Source: Bacillota bacterium (GTDB lineage Bacteria; Bacillota; Clostridia; Christensenellales; SZUA-584). Taken from it: 64,000 nt of DNA. This document shows, in pieces, positions 1 to 9,723 of this stretch. The position numbers and the translations under genes were made by a program. Where the stretch lies: NCBI GenBank assembly GCA_023406895.1, contig JAEXTV010000023.1, positions 67,833 to 131,832 on the forward strand, in the 5' to 3' direction. Within the stretch, counting starts at the first letter, position 1; every line of letters starts with the position of its first letter. The notes below the pieces were generated by a model. That model was not told the origin of the DNA, did not search any database, and saw nothing but the letters and a program-made list of their open reading frames with translations.

Positions 1-1
1 C

Positions 2-139
2 AAGGCCGACGAGTTGGTGAAAGAAACGCTCGGAGACCATATCTTCAACATCTATTACGACTTCAAAATGAAGGAATGGGACAGCTTCCGCACGGCGGTT
101 CACCCGTGGGAAATCAATCAGTATATTTCGAAGTATTGA
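2..139 (+). CDS. glnA: glutamine synthetase, C-terminal fragment (5' part lies outside the window)
   Basis: Frame 2 reads ...LGDHIFNIYYDFKMKEWDSFRTAVHPWEINQYISKY*. The FR..VHPWE..QY tail is the typical GlnA C-terminus. Stop TGA at 137-139. Confidence 0.65.
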   Translation, partial: KADELVKETLGDHIFNIYYDFKMKEWDSFRTAVHPWEINQYISKY

Positions 140-225
140 CCAGTCGTATCCTGTCGGGATAGACGTCAATTCAAGTATGTGTAAGCCTTTTTAAGCAGCA
201 GTTTTCTATGTTTGGCTTTTTGTTT

Positions 226-246
226 GGGGGCACCAACGGTGCCCCC
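226..246 (+). terminator. GC-rich hairpin downstream of glnA (possible terminator)
   Basis: GGGGGCACC-AAC-GGTGCCCCC forms a perfect 9-bp stem. No clean T-tract follows directly, so the terminator call is weak. Confidence 0.3.
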
Positions 247-397
247 AATATCAAAGAGCCTTTTTCATTTGTTGTTAAAGCGTTAATTTATATTGTTATT
301 TTCTAATATATTTTGTTATTATTCGTTTGAATTCCATGTGACCCGTTTAAATAATAAAACGACTATCATTTGTGGCTTCTTACATTTGGGAGGTAAT

Positions 398-2473
398 ATG
401 AAAAAAATCAGCACCGGTGCAAAAATCATCATGTCCTTTATTGTGATCGCAATCATTTTCGGCTTTGTGGGGTATATGGGAATCAACGGAATAAAAACCA
501 TCAATGCCAACGGCGATCGCTTATACACCCAAAACACAATGGGTATTTCATATTCAGGGAATGCAGCGCTGACCTTTGCGCAGATGCGGCTGGGAATCAT
601 GGAGCTTGGCATCACAACCGAGAAGGAAGGCAAAGAGCAGGTTATTGCGTCTATTGAAAGCAAAATGCAGGATTTGGACGACTGGCTGACAGCATACGAA
701 AGTACCGTTTTGCCCGGTGACACCGGGAGCCTGGATGTGCTTGATTCCGTTAAGAAGAGCTGGCATCAGTATAAAAGCTTAGTGACATCTTCCATGAACT
801 ATTGCAAGAACAACCTAGAGGTTGATATTCCAAGGTATACATCGAAATTTGTACTCAATCAAAAAAGATTGAGCGATTCAATTGAAGCCACGCTCAGCGA
901 AATGATCACGCTGAACCAGCAGCAGGGGCAAAACGTCAATCAGCATAACAAAAGCTACGGTGACTCAACCACGTTTCTGGTCATCGTTCTTGTCGCTTCG
1001 GGTGCCTTAATTGCCGTTATCCTTGGGCTCGTCATCGGCCGGTCTGTGAGCAAAACCGTGCGCCGCGTATCGCGGCAGCTTAAGAAAATTGCCGCAGGCG
1101 AAAGCGTTGAAGATCTTGACGTCAAAACGTTTAGCGGCGAGTTTATGACGATTGCCACAGATCTCAACGAGATGCAGGCGTCGCTGCAGCGTTTGCTGAC
1201 CGATGCAGGAACCCTTGCCGCCGCCGGTATCGAGGGCCGCTTGTCCACAAGAGCCGATCTATCGGCTCACAGAGGCAATTTCCGTACCATCATCGAAGAT
1301 TTTAACAGGTCACTTGATGCCTTCACCGCGCCGCTCACAGAAATCATTGATGTGCTAAAGCAAATGCAGCTCGGCAGCTTAAGCGTGAGCGTCACCGGCA
1401 GCTATCCGGGCGACTATGCGCAGATGAAAGAAGCGCTCAACGATACGGTTCGTACCATCAAGAGCTATGTTGAAGAAGTTTCAAAAATCCTTGAAAATAT
1501 GTCCATAGGCGATTTGACATTATGCATCGAGTCTGAATACCGCGGCGATTATGTGACTCTGCGAGATTCCATCAACAAGATCAACGAATCACTCAACGCC
1601 TTGCTCAAGGATATTCTTCTCTCCGCCAATCAGGTTGCTGCGGGAACGCGTCATGTATCGGACGGCAACCAGACGATTTCCGTAGGAGCCACTGAGCAGG
1701 CCAGCGCCATTGAGCAGCTCACCGCCACTGTCTCCCACATTGCCGATCAAACCAAACTCAACGCGCAGCATGCGGGCGAGGTAAAAACACTGTCCGCTGA
1801 CCTTGGCAGCAATGCAAGAAGCGGGAATGCCGATATGGAGAACATGCAGGAAGCCATGGCTGATATCCGCACATCAAGCGAGAACATAAATAAAATTATT
1901 AAAGTGATTGACGATATCGCGTTTCAAACAAATATCCTCGCGCTGAACGCCGCTGTGGAAGCCGCACGCGCGGGTGTGCACGGACGCGGCTTTGCGGTGG
2001 TGGCGGAAGAAGTGCGAAATCTGGCTTCACGCAGTGCAAAGGCCGCAGCCGAAACCTCCGAACTTATTGAAAACTCGATACAAAAGGTGCAGCAAGGCAC
2101 CCATATTGCCAACCAAACAGCCGCATCTCTGCGCAGGATCGTGGAAGGCGTGGAGAACACCGCCAAGCTTATCGGTGATATCGCCGATGCGTCAAGCAGC
2201 CAGGCCAACGCGATTGTACAAGTGAACAGCGGGATTGAAAACCTCACAACCGTGGTACAAAACAACTCCGCCACATCCGAGCAGACGGCGGCCGCGGCGC
2301 AGGAACTTTCCAGTCAGGCCGAAATGCTCAGGACAATGGTCAAGCAGTTTTCGCTCAAGGACGATTTGACGGAAGAAAGCCACACCACTGCGCAGACGCC
2401 GCTGTTCCCGGGTGATTCCGCGCTTTCTAATCCGATGTTCGATTTAACCGACGAGGATTACGGCAAATACTAA
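398..2473 (+). CDS. methyl-accepting chemotaxis protein (two TM segments, HAMP-like repeats, MCP signalling domain)
   Basis: ORF 293-2473. The ATG at 398 is preceded by GGGAGG. N-terminus [21 protein letters not shown] is TM1. The conserved signalling core [23 protein letters not shown] and [11 protein letters not shown] is present. Confidence 0.9.
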   Translation: MKKISTGAKIIMSFIVIAIIFGFVGYMGINGIKTINANGDRLYTQNTMGISYSGNAALTFAQMRLGIMELGITTEKEGKEQVIASIESKMQDLDDWLTAYESTVLPGDTGSLDVLDSVKKSWHQYKSLVTSSMNYCKNNLEVDIPRYTSKFVLNQKRLSDSIEATLSEMITLNQQQGQNVNQHNKSYGDSTTFLVIVLVASGALIAVILGLVIGRSVSKTVRRVSRQLKKIAAGESVEDLDVKTFSGEFMTIATDLNEMQASLQRLLTDAGTLAAAGIEGRLSTRADLSAHRGNFRTIIEDFNRSLDAFTAPLTEIIDVLKQMQLGSLSVSVTGSYPGDYAQMKEALNDTVRTIKSYVEEVSKILENMSIGDLTLCIESEYRGDYVTLRDSINKINESLNALLKDILLSANQVAAGTRHVSDGNQTISVGATEQASAIEQLTATVSHIADQTKLNAQHAGEVKTLSADLGSNARSGNADMENMQEAMADIRTSSENINKIIKVIDDIAFQTNILALNAAVEAARAGVHGRGFAVVAEEVRNLASRSAKAAAETSELIENSIQKVQQGTHIANQTAASLRRIVEGVENTAKLIGDIADASSSQANAIVQVNSGIENLTTVVQNNSATSEQTAAAAQELSSQAEMLRTMVKQFSLKDDLTEESHTTAQTPLFPGDSALSNPMFDLTDEDYGKY

Positions 2474-3435
2474 AGTGCCGCCCGGTTTGACGTTTCAATT
2501 TTTTGCACACATGCAGCGCTCAGCGCCTCCGCGCAGAGCGCTTTTGTTTTATTCCAAACGAGCGCATAAAAATCGCGGTCGTGATGCGGCATAGCCCCGC
2601 CCGTGGCCGGCGTTAAATTGATATGCAGCCCCGGGCGCAGAAACGTTTGACGGAACCAGCATTCGAATCCTGCGGCAAACACGCCCGGGTTGTCACAAAC
2701 CGTGTTGATGGCGTATCCCGTGACGGCAGACAGCCTTTTGGCCAGCCTGAACGCCTCGGGTATCTTCTTGTCCGTACAACTGTCCGCAAATTCAATCGTC
2801 TCCCCCTTGGCGTAAAACGAGAGCGCGGATAATAACCGATGCGCTTCGCAGACGCGCATCACGCTTTGCACCTCGGGTTCGGTGGCAGGCGACGTGCCGT
2901 TATACAGCTCGGAGGCAGGGCTGTTCATCACCGTATACTTTTTCTCCCAGAGTGCGGGATACTGCCGTGCAAGATCAACGCCGTTTATGTTGGCCATCCA
3001 TTCCGAATACGTGGGCCGTACCATCACCATTGTTTCCACACGGTTTTTGTCCTTCACAGCTTTCAGACCGCCCTGAACCAGCGCCACACCGTCGGGGTTC
3101 ACCATAGGCATCACAACCATTGTACAGCGCGAAAGCAATTCGCTCATTTTGTGCCTGCCGATTTTGCCATTTTCCGCGGCGGCCTGCGCATAGGCGTTCA
3201 ACGCATACATCAGATACGCGCTGGCGATGTAATCTCGCGCGTGATGAGCCGCGCAGAAAAAAACCTGCCTATCCCCTGTGCCAAGCTCAATCAGCGGCAG
3301 CTCGCGCCCTTCAACGGAGAAGCCTGCCGTATCAGTCCGTATCAGTTCCGGATAGGCATTTGTCAGCGCTTCAATATCCCGCATCATTTGAGAATGTGAA
3401 TAGGTGATTGTCGGCACCACGATCAAGTCTTTCAT
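2470..3435 (-). CDS. peptidase M14 family protein (gamma-D-glutamyl-diamino-acid peptidase-like)
   Basis: 321-aa ORF with M14-like blocks: [42 protein letters not shown]. Its stop overlaps the convergent MCP stop. Confidence 0.7.
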   Translation of the reverse strand: MKDLIVVPTITYSHSQMMRDIEALTNAYPELIRTDTAGFSVEGRELPLIELGTGDRQVFFCAAHHARDYIASAYLMYALNAYAQAAAENGKIGRHKMSELLSRCTMVVMPMVNPDGVALVQGGLKAVKDKNRVETMVMVRPTYSEWMANINGVDLARQYPALWEKKYTVMNSPASELYNGTSPATEPEVQSVMRVCEAHRLLSALSFYAKGETIEFADSCTDKKIPEAFRLAKRLSAVTGYAINTVCDNPGVFAAGFECWFRQTFLRPGLHINLTPATGGAMPHHDRDFYALVWNKTKALCAEALSAACVQKIETSNRAAL

Positions 3436-4023
3436 GCAAACCTCCCAGATGATGATACTTCATATGTATGCGGGTAAAGGCGCTGTCTATGCCCCAATAG
3501 AGGCGCTCTATCAGACAGCGATACGTGTTTGCTCCTGCAAAGCGCCCTTCCGGGGCAGACAACGAAACTGAGGATTAGTCAACAATCGGCTTATGAAAAG
3601 CCGCAGTATATTTATAATATTCAAGCCAGAGTATGCAGCGCCTCTTCATGCCTCCCATTGTGACCACTGCCTTCAATAACGAACTGTGGGCTGTCACCAA
3701 TTGAGGTGTGACGGGAATAAGAGTAAATAGCTTAACACTCGTTGCGACAGGCTCTTTAAGAGGGTGACAGATTGTCTTTTGCGAGTGTGTTAAAGTCGGC
3801 AGCCCTGTTTCGGTGAATAGAGGACTATCACCGACATGCGGTGACCGGGAAGGTGAGTAAGACTACTTTATTACTGCCGCCTGCAATAGTACACCATTTT
3901 TTCTCGATAAAGTGGAATTCAATTTGCAATTTAGCAATTATCGATGCCCGCGATCTTCGTTGTCCTCTTTTTTGGACAAATCATTTAGTAATATGAACAT
4001 ACATTCTTACACGGAGGTTTGTT

Positions 4024-4194
4024 ATGTGGGACAGAATCGCGGCATCGGGCCTGCTTATCGTCGGAGCCATCATACTGTTTGTTCTCTTCACCGCCGCTCT
4101 TTTCATCATGGAGCGCAGAGAGCAGCAAAAGAGCAAACCAAAAACACAACCGCTGCGTGTTGTTCGCATGGAGAACACCAAACGGGCTGCTTAA
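4024..4194 (+). CDS. small membrane protein (56 aa, below the ORF-track cutoff)
   Basis: GGAGG at 4014-4018 lies 5 nt before the ATG. Translation: MWDRIAASGLLIVGAIILFVLFTAALFIMERREQQKSKPKTQPLRVVRMENTKRAA*. It has one clear TM helix and a basic tail. Confidence 0.35.
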   Translation: MWDRIAASGLLIVGAIILFVLFTAALFIMERREQQKSKPKTQPLRVVRMENTKRAA

Positions 4195-4360
4195 TCGAAA
4201 GCTTTATGCGCTGCCGCGCAGCAATAGCGTAACTTATTAGTAGAAGGACAGCTGATTAAATATGGTTTGATCAGATAAACCGTCAGCTGAACCGAACAGC
4301 GCCATTCGGGCCTGTGGAAACCGTTGCCACACCCCGCACAACAGGATTATAATTGGACAT

Positions 4361-5233
4361 ATGGACAGGGTGATAGAGATTGAGTGCCGCAGTGCGCTCT
4401 ACCGTCACAACTCAAAATGGCTGCCGTTTAAATACGACATCAACGTATACCGCGGATGCGCACACCGCTGTATCTATTGCTATGCGCTCTATTCGCACGA
4501 CTATATCAATGGCGGAGATTTCTTCGGCGACGTCTATGCCAAGCGCAACATCGCCGATATGCTGCGGCGCGAGCTGCCGCGCTTTTCGCGCGAACCTGTG
4601 AACCTCGGCGGGATTACAGACAGCTATCAGCCTGCCGAACGCACCTGCAAGCTGATGCCGGAGGTGCTCTCACTGCTGGCGCAGTATTCGGTGCCCATTG
4701 TGCTGTGCACCAAATCCGCGCTTGTGCTGCGTGACCTCGAGCTGATCAGCCGCGTGAATGCCGCTTCGGGCGCGGCGCTTGCGCTCACGGTCACCACGCT
4801 CAATAAGCCCGTTGCGGATATCATCGAACCGGGGTCCTCACGGCCTCATGAACGGATGGCGGCGATTCCCGAAATTAAAAAAACGGGCGCGACGTGCGGT
4901 GTGCACCTCATGCCCATCATTCCATATCTCACAAGCAGCGAAGACAGCCTTGAAGCCGTGTTTGCGCAGGCCAAGGAGGCGGGCGCGGACTATGTGCTGG
5001 CGGGCGCGCTGAATCTCAAAAGCGCCACGAAGAGGCAGTTCTTCGAAAGCGTCAGGAAAGGCTTCCCTTCCGATTACGTCAATCTAATGGCACTTTACAG
5101 CAACAGGGCCGCTTACAGCGACTATAAGGAAAAGCTCGGTGTAACCCTGTCTAAACTTCGCAAAAAATACGATATGCCAAGCTATGCGATGCCCAGAATG
5201 AAAGAGAAACCGACGCAGCTTACATTTTTCTAA
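4361..5233 (+). CDS. radical SAM protein (SplB / DNA-photolyase-like family)
   Basis: CAHRCIYCYA is a CxxxCxxC radical SAM cluster motif near the N-terminus. The 290-aa length and overall layout fit the SPL/Rv2578c-like family. Confidence 0.8.
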   Translation: MDRVIEIECRSALYRHNSKWLPFKYDINVYRGCAHRCIYCYALYSHDYINGGDFFGDVYAKRNIADMLRRELPRFSREPVNLGGITDSYQPAERTCKLMPEVLSLLAQYSVPIVLCTKSALVLRDLELISRVNAASGAALALTVTTLNKPVADIIEPGSSRPHERMAAIPEIKKTGATCGVHLMPIIPYLTSSEDSLEAVFAQAKEAGADYVLAGALNLKSATKRQFFESVRKGFPSDYVNLMALYSNRAAYSDYKEKLGVTLSKLRKKYDMPSYAMPRMKEKPTQLTFF

Positions 5234-5398
5234 TCACACAATGGCAATTGGAGAAACCCACTTGGGTCATCCATCCTCTGCGAGTCGTTTCACAAAGATC
5301 GTTCAAGAGACCAGGCCCATTCCGTCGATCAGGACATGACAGGATAAGCGATTGTATACGACAATTCCATTCATGGGAGTCTTTCTTATATCAGCGCA

Positions 5399-5761
5399 TT
5401 AAAGCTGACCCTTTACGCGCGATGTGGCCACGATATCCACGCCCAGCCCCAATATATCTTTGATCAGTACATCGCCGATCTCGATGGGCGCAGTGGCCTC
5501 AGCCGCGTTGACCGCTTTCATGCAGTCCAGCAGCCTGTCCTTGGGCAATGTGTCCTTCGATTTCACGCTCACAAGCCCTCCCCCCCTCACGCGCATAGTG
5601 GTGGTCAGTGTCCGGCGCGGGTCGGTCAGCTCCGCCAAGGCGTAGCGTTCGCCGCGTTTGCACCAGTTCCCCGTTATGCCGGTCACGCTGCCGCCGTCCA
5701 TCTGAGCTGTGATTCTGCAGCCCTGAGGGCACACAATGCAGGTCAGTTCCTTTGTCTCCAT
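5399..5761 (-). CDS. DUF1667 domain protein (third gene of the FAD-oxidoreductase trio)
   Basis: METKELTCIVCPQGCRI... is the typical DUF1667 N-terminus. It lies 1 nt downstream of the preceding oxidoreductase. Confidence 0.8.
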   Translation of the reverse strand: METKELTCIVCPQGCRITAQMDGGSVTGITGNWCKRGERYALAELTDPRRTLTTTMRVRGGGLVSVKSKDTLPKDRLLDCMKAVNAAEATAPIEIGDVLIKDILGLGVDIVATSRVKGQL

Positions 5762-5762
5762 A

Positions 5763-6998
5763 TCACTTTTCCTCCACGCTGACCGTCACATTGCCGGTAA
5801 TGTCGTCATCCTTGATGCACAGGCTCTCCATCTCGCCGGGTGCGCAGACCGTCCTGTCCTTTCGGGCAATCACCCGGCCGTCGCACCGCGCCACCGTTGC
5901 GCAGCTTTTAGTCACACCCGACACGCGGAAAAACAGCGTTTTATCTTCGCCGTCCTTGCGCAGCTTTTGCGGCACCACATACCGCACACCGCTGCCTGCC
6001 GCTGTTTCGGCGTACAAAACCGGTTCGTCCGGCGTTTTGAGATATGCCGCCGCCGCTGCGCCCGCTCGCTGCGCCTCCTCGGTCACAAAATCCACAAGGT
6101 CGTGCACCTGCACCGCATTGCCGCATGCAAATACGCCTTTCACCGAGGTCTGCATATGGCTGTCCACCACGGGGCCGCCCGTCACAGCATCCATCGTCAC
6201 GTTCATGCCGCGCGACAACTCGTTTTCGGGGATCAGGCCGACCGACAGCAGCAGCGTATCGCAGGGCACATATTCCTCTGTATCCTTCACGGGCACGCCC
6301 TTTTGATCCACTGCCGCGACGGTGACGCCTTCCACGCGCCGCTTGCCGTGAATGGCCGTGACCGTATGCGAAAGCTTCAAGGGAATGCCGTAATCATCGA
6401 GGCACTGAACGATGTTGCGTTTGAGCCCACCCGAATAGGGCATGAGCTCGAGCACCATCTTCACATGCGCGCCCTCCAGCGTCATGCGGCGCGCCATGAT
6501 GAGCCCGATGTCGCCCGACCCCAATATCACAACCTCTTTCCCCGGCATGTATCCTTCCATATTGACAAACCGCTGCGCCGTCCCCGCCGTGAGCACACCG
6601 GCCGGGCGGTCTCCCGCCAGCATCAGTGCGCCGGCACTGCGTTCCCTGCACCCCATGGCCAGCACCACCGCGCCGGCCTCAATTGTGCAAAGGCCTGTGT
6701 GCCGCCCCACCACCGTGAGCACGCGCGACGGCGATATATTCAGAACCATCGTCTGCGTGAGGCAGGTGATTTTGAGTGCCTGAGCTTTGTCCGCGAACCG
6801 CGCGGCGTATTCGGGGCCTGTCAGTTCCTCGCCGAACACGTGCAGCCCGAAGCCGTTATGGATGCACTGGTTCAGTATGCCCCCTAAATGCGCCTCGCGC
6901 TCGATAATCACCACATGCGCGGCACCGTTTTCCTTCGCCGCAATGGCGGCGGCCAACCCCGCCGGGCCCGCGCCGACCACTGCCACATCCGCCTTCAT
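5763..6998 (-). CDS. NAD(P)/FAD-dependent oxidoreductase (pyridine nucleotide-disulfide oxidoreductase family)
   Basis: The ORF runs 5763-7241. I trimmed it to the Met of MKADVAVVGAGPAGLAAAI (GxGxxG Rossmann motif). That start overlaps the upstream stop as ATGA at 6995-6998. Confidence 0.85.
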   Translation of the reverse strand: MKADVAVVGAGPAGLAAAIAAKENGAAHVVIIEREAHLGGILNQCIHNGFGLHVFGEELTGPEYAARFADKAQALKITCLTQTMVLNISPSRVLTVVGRHTGLCTIEAGAVVLAMGCRERSAGALMLAGDRPAGVLTAGTAQRFVNMEGYMPGKEVVILGSGDIGLIMARRMTLEGAHVKMVLELMPYSGGLKRNIVQCLDDYGIPLKLSHTVTAIHGKRRVEGVTVAAVDQKGVPVKDTEEYVPCDTLLLSVGLIPENELSRGMNVTMDAVTGGPVVDSHMQTSVKGVFACGNAVQVHDLVDFVTEEAQRAGAAAAAYLKTPDEPVLYAETAAGSGVRYVVPQKLRKDGEDKTLFFRVSGVTKSCATVARCDGRVIARKDRTVCAPGEMESLCIKDDDITGNVTVSVEEK

Positions 6999-8434
6999 TG
7001 CGCCGCCTCCTTCGTTCTGCCCGCGAGTATCCACGAGCCTTCCCCGCTCTTCGTGATATCCTTCACATCCTGCGCAAGCTCGCGCGCGAGAATATCCATC
7101 ACGTGCGGCATGCAAAAACCGCCGTGGCAGCGCCCGAACCCCGCCGCAGTCCGCAGCTTCACGCCGTCCACCGTCCGCGCGCCGCAGGGCCGGTGAATGC
7201 TCTGCACAATTTCGGCCTCGGTCACCTGTTCGCACCGGCAAACCACATTCGCGTAACGTTCGTCCTGCGCAATGAGCTCGCGCTGCCGCTCGGGCGTCGC
7301 GTGCGCGAAAACCTCAATCGGCTTGCGCATGCGCGTCGCATCTTTATTCTTTGTGTTGTCGAGCCCCAGGTCAACCAGCAGCTGCATCACATATTCCGCA
7401 ATCGCGGGCGACGCGGTGAGCCCGGGCGATTCGATGCCCGCCACGTTGATAAAACCCGGCACGGCTTGTGATTCCCCGATGATAAAATCGTGTCTGTCAG
7501 ACGCGGCGCGCAGCCCCGCAAACACGGTGATCGCGCTGCGTCTGTCGATACCCGGCGCATAACGGCGCACGCCATTCAGCACGGATTCGAGCCCGTCGCG
7601 CGTCGTCGCCGTATTCTCCTTATCGGTAAACTCCGCTGTCGGCCCCGCAATCATATTGCCATGGGCGGTCGGCGAAAAAAGTACACCCTTCCCCTTATCG
7701 GACGGCGCGCCGAATACCACGCTGCGCGTGCGCACGGAAAAGCTCTTGTCAAAAAGCACATATTCGCCGCGCCGCGCAGAGATGGAAAATGCCTCGCCGC
7801 CCGCCATGCGTGATACCTCATCGGCATAAACGCCCGCCGCGTTCACCACGAACCGCGTCTGCACCTTGCGCCCGCCCGCCTCAATCGTGAACACACCGCC
7901 GCTTTTGCTGATTGCTGTGACGCGGCTGTCAAAAAACACATCCGCGCCGTTCGCCGACGCGTTTTCCAGTGCGGCCAGTGCGAGCTCAAACGGGCTCACA
8001 ATGCCTCCCGTAGGGGCCCACAGCGCGCAGCGAATCTCTTTGCTTAAAAACGGCTCTCTCCTGCGCACCTCGGCACCCGAAATCTTCTCCGCGGGCACGC
8101 CGTTTTCGGCTCCCCTTTTGAGCAGCTCATCAACGCTTTTTTCCTCTTCATCGTCAAACGCCACCACGAGTGTACCGCAGTTCTCATACGGCACGCCAAG
8201 CTCCTTTACCGCCGCTGCCATCATGGCGTTGCCGCGCACATTAAACCTTGCTTTCATGCTGCCGGGCAGCGCGTCGTAGCCCGCGTGCACAATGCCGCTG
8301 TTGGCGCGCGTTGCGCCCGCCGCCGCGTCGCTCGCTGCTTCAATTACACAAACGCGCCCGCTGAGCTGAGAGAGCTCGCGCGCGATCATCGCGCCTGATA
8401 TGCCCGCCCCGATTACCGCCACATCATAAATCAT
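6995..8434 (-). CDS. FAD-dependent oxidoreductase, glycerol-3-phosphate dehydrogenase-like, with a BFD-like [2Fe-2S] domain
   Basis: The ORF runs 6995-8581. I trimmed it to MIYDVAVIGAGISGAMIAREL (GxGxxG), which follows AAAGGGTG. The C-terminal CRCEQVTEAEI...CGARTVDGVK is BFD-like. Confidence 0.85.
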   Translation of the reverse strand: MIYDVAVIGAGISGAMIARELSQLSGRVCVIEAASDAAAGATRANSGIVHAGYDALPGSMKARFNVRGNAMMAAAVKELGVPYENCGTLVVAFDDEEEKSVDELLKRGAENGVPAEKISGAEVRRREPFLSKEIRCALWAPTGGIVSPFELALAALENASANGADVFFDSRVTAISKSGGVFTIEAGGRKVQTRFVVNAAGVYADEVSRMAGGEAFSISARRGEYVLFDKSFSVRTRSVVFGAPSDKGKGVLFSPTAHGNMIAGPTAEFTDKENTATTRDGLESVLNGVRRYAPGIDRRSAITVFAGLRAASDRHDFIIGESQAVPGFINVAGIESPGLTASPAIAEYVMQLLVDLGLDNTKNKDATRMRKPIEVFAHATPERQRELIAQDERYANVVCRCEQVTEAEIVQSIHRPCGARTVDGVKLRTAAGFGRCHGGFCMPHVMDILARELAQDVKDITKSGEGSWILAGRTKEAAQ

Positions 8435-8460
8435 TGCCGTTACACCCTTTCGCAAGTTTA

Positions 8461-8503
8461 AAACCAAAATAAAAAGCCGCACCAAAGCAAATCTGGTACG
8501 GCT
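8461..8503 (-). terminator. intrinsic terminator inside the 5' leader of the oxidoreductase operon (attenuator / antitermination target)
   Basis: Minus strand reads AGCCGTACCA-gatttgctt-TGGTGCGGCT, a 10-bp stem with one G.U pair, followed by TTTTTATTTTGG. It ends about 27 nt before the ATG at 8434. A TGnTATAAT-like -10 element lies upstream near 8612-8617. Confidence 0.5.
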
Positions 8504-8823
8504 CATTTCTCCTGCCTGTTCAGTGGTTTTATCATAGCATATTTCGCCCGGCTTTGCAATGACGGCGACGCGCTTTTTCATTTCCGAGTGTAGTCATTGC
8601 TCATCACCCATTATACAGTCATTCCCTTGAGCTTTTGAGCGGGAAAGAGCGGGTTCTGGACTGCAATTACGCGCAGAGATAGCGGCGCTGTTCTGAGAGT
8701 TTCCCATATCTTTTCCTCGTCTACTCTGTGCCGTTGCGGGCGAAAACGCTACAGACGACAAACGCCCCGCCAAACCCGTCGGCGAGACGTTTGTCTGTCG
8801 GATCTCACATAAGAAGTCTCTGT

Positions 8824-9723
8824 CTAAAACGTTATTGCTAATTGATCCAATGCACCGAACAGCTCTCTGATTTGCAGGCTGTCATCCGTGCAGAGGAATG
8901 AAAACACCTCACCTCTTATTGAGATGTTCATGGACTCATTTCTGCTGCCTTGCGACTCTTTTGTTCTTCTGACTTTTTCAATGGACGCGAACGGCAGAAA
9001 CAGCGTGGAGTGGGTCAGGTCGCCTTGTTTTCTGCTTCTTGCGCGCTTATCCCTTTGAAGCACAATCAACTCCGAATCGTTGGTTAAAAAAGCTATGCTC
9101 GTGATCAGCTTTTTCATTTTCATCAGCGCTTTGATTCTCTCTCGCAAATCTTCATAATTTGGCACAAATTTCGCGGGCGGCTGATAAGCCACGAGCCGTA
9201 TTTTGTTGTCCAGCGCTTTGTATTGATCGATGATGGCCGAGTAAAGATGCTCAACCGTATTAAGATCATGGCTGATCGTCTCAAGATTCAGTATCTTTTC
9301 TGTGGTTCTGTACTTGCCTCTGATGATATTGATGAGCCTCATGATGATCGGTTCCGAAACCGAGTTATATTCGATCGTTACGGTCTCATCATCCAGATAC
9401 AGCAGCGCCTGCCCTTTGAGCATCGAAATGGTGTTTTTTATCGCCATCACGCTCTCATACGGCACGCGCTTTTCTTCCACATTATCATCAATGCGCTTTA
9501 AGATATAAAGATATGACGCGAACGCGCCGATCACGTAATCATACAGATTCATCTCGGGCGTCGCGTCCGCTCTGTCGATCTTCCTCGGTATCTTGATCAG
9601 CATAAGCGGTGTTTCTTGTTCCCTGTAATAGTTCACAAACAGCGGCGGTATGGTGTATTCATCGTTAATCTCAAAAATCCATGGCCCGAAAGCATCGTAT
9701 TCCTTCGTGCTTTTTGCGATCAT
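8824..9723 (-). CDS. hypothetical protein (no family recognised)
   Basis: 299-aa ORF preceded by AAGGGGG. It is clean and non-overlapping, in a locally lower-GC stretch. N-terminus: MIAKSTKEYDAFGPWIFEINDEY. Confidence 0.6.
   Translation of the reverse strand: MIAKSTKEYDAFGPWIFEINDEYTIPPLFVNYYREQETPLMLIKIPRKIDRADATPEMNLYDYVIGAFASYLYILKRIDDNVEEKRVPYESVMAIKNTISMLKGQALLYLDDETVTIEYNSVSEPIIMRLINIIRGKYRTTEKILNLETISHDLNTVEHLYSAIIDQYKALDNKIRLVAYQPPAKFVPNYEDLRERIKALMKMKKLITSIAFLTNDSELIVLQRDKRARSRKQGDLTHSTLFLPFASIEKVRRTKESQGSRNESMNISIRGEVFSFLCTDDSLQIRELFGALDQLAITF

Noticed and set aside
3655-3675. GTGACCACTGCC as a cobalamin-riboswitch B12 box
   Set aside because: Only a short partial resemblance is present. 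The rest of the cobalamin consensus (the GGTG..AA.TCC...CCCGC core) is absent.
5736-6887. 383-aa plus-strand ORF
   Set aside because: It lies entirely antisense to the well-supported FAD/NAD oxidoreductase gene. It has a His/Arg/Ala-rich low-complexity translation, typical of shadow ORFs in GC-rich DNA, and no Shine-Dalgarno sequence.
6999-7241. N-terminal extensions of several ORFs in the track (also 8435-8581, 41380-41550, 53908-54030, 293-397, 54193-54240)
   Set aside because: In each case an internal Met with a Shine-Dalgarno sequence coincides with the canonical family N-terminus (GxGxxG loops, the SpoIIID start, a signal peptide). The upstream extension overlaps a neighbouring gene or a leader.
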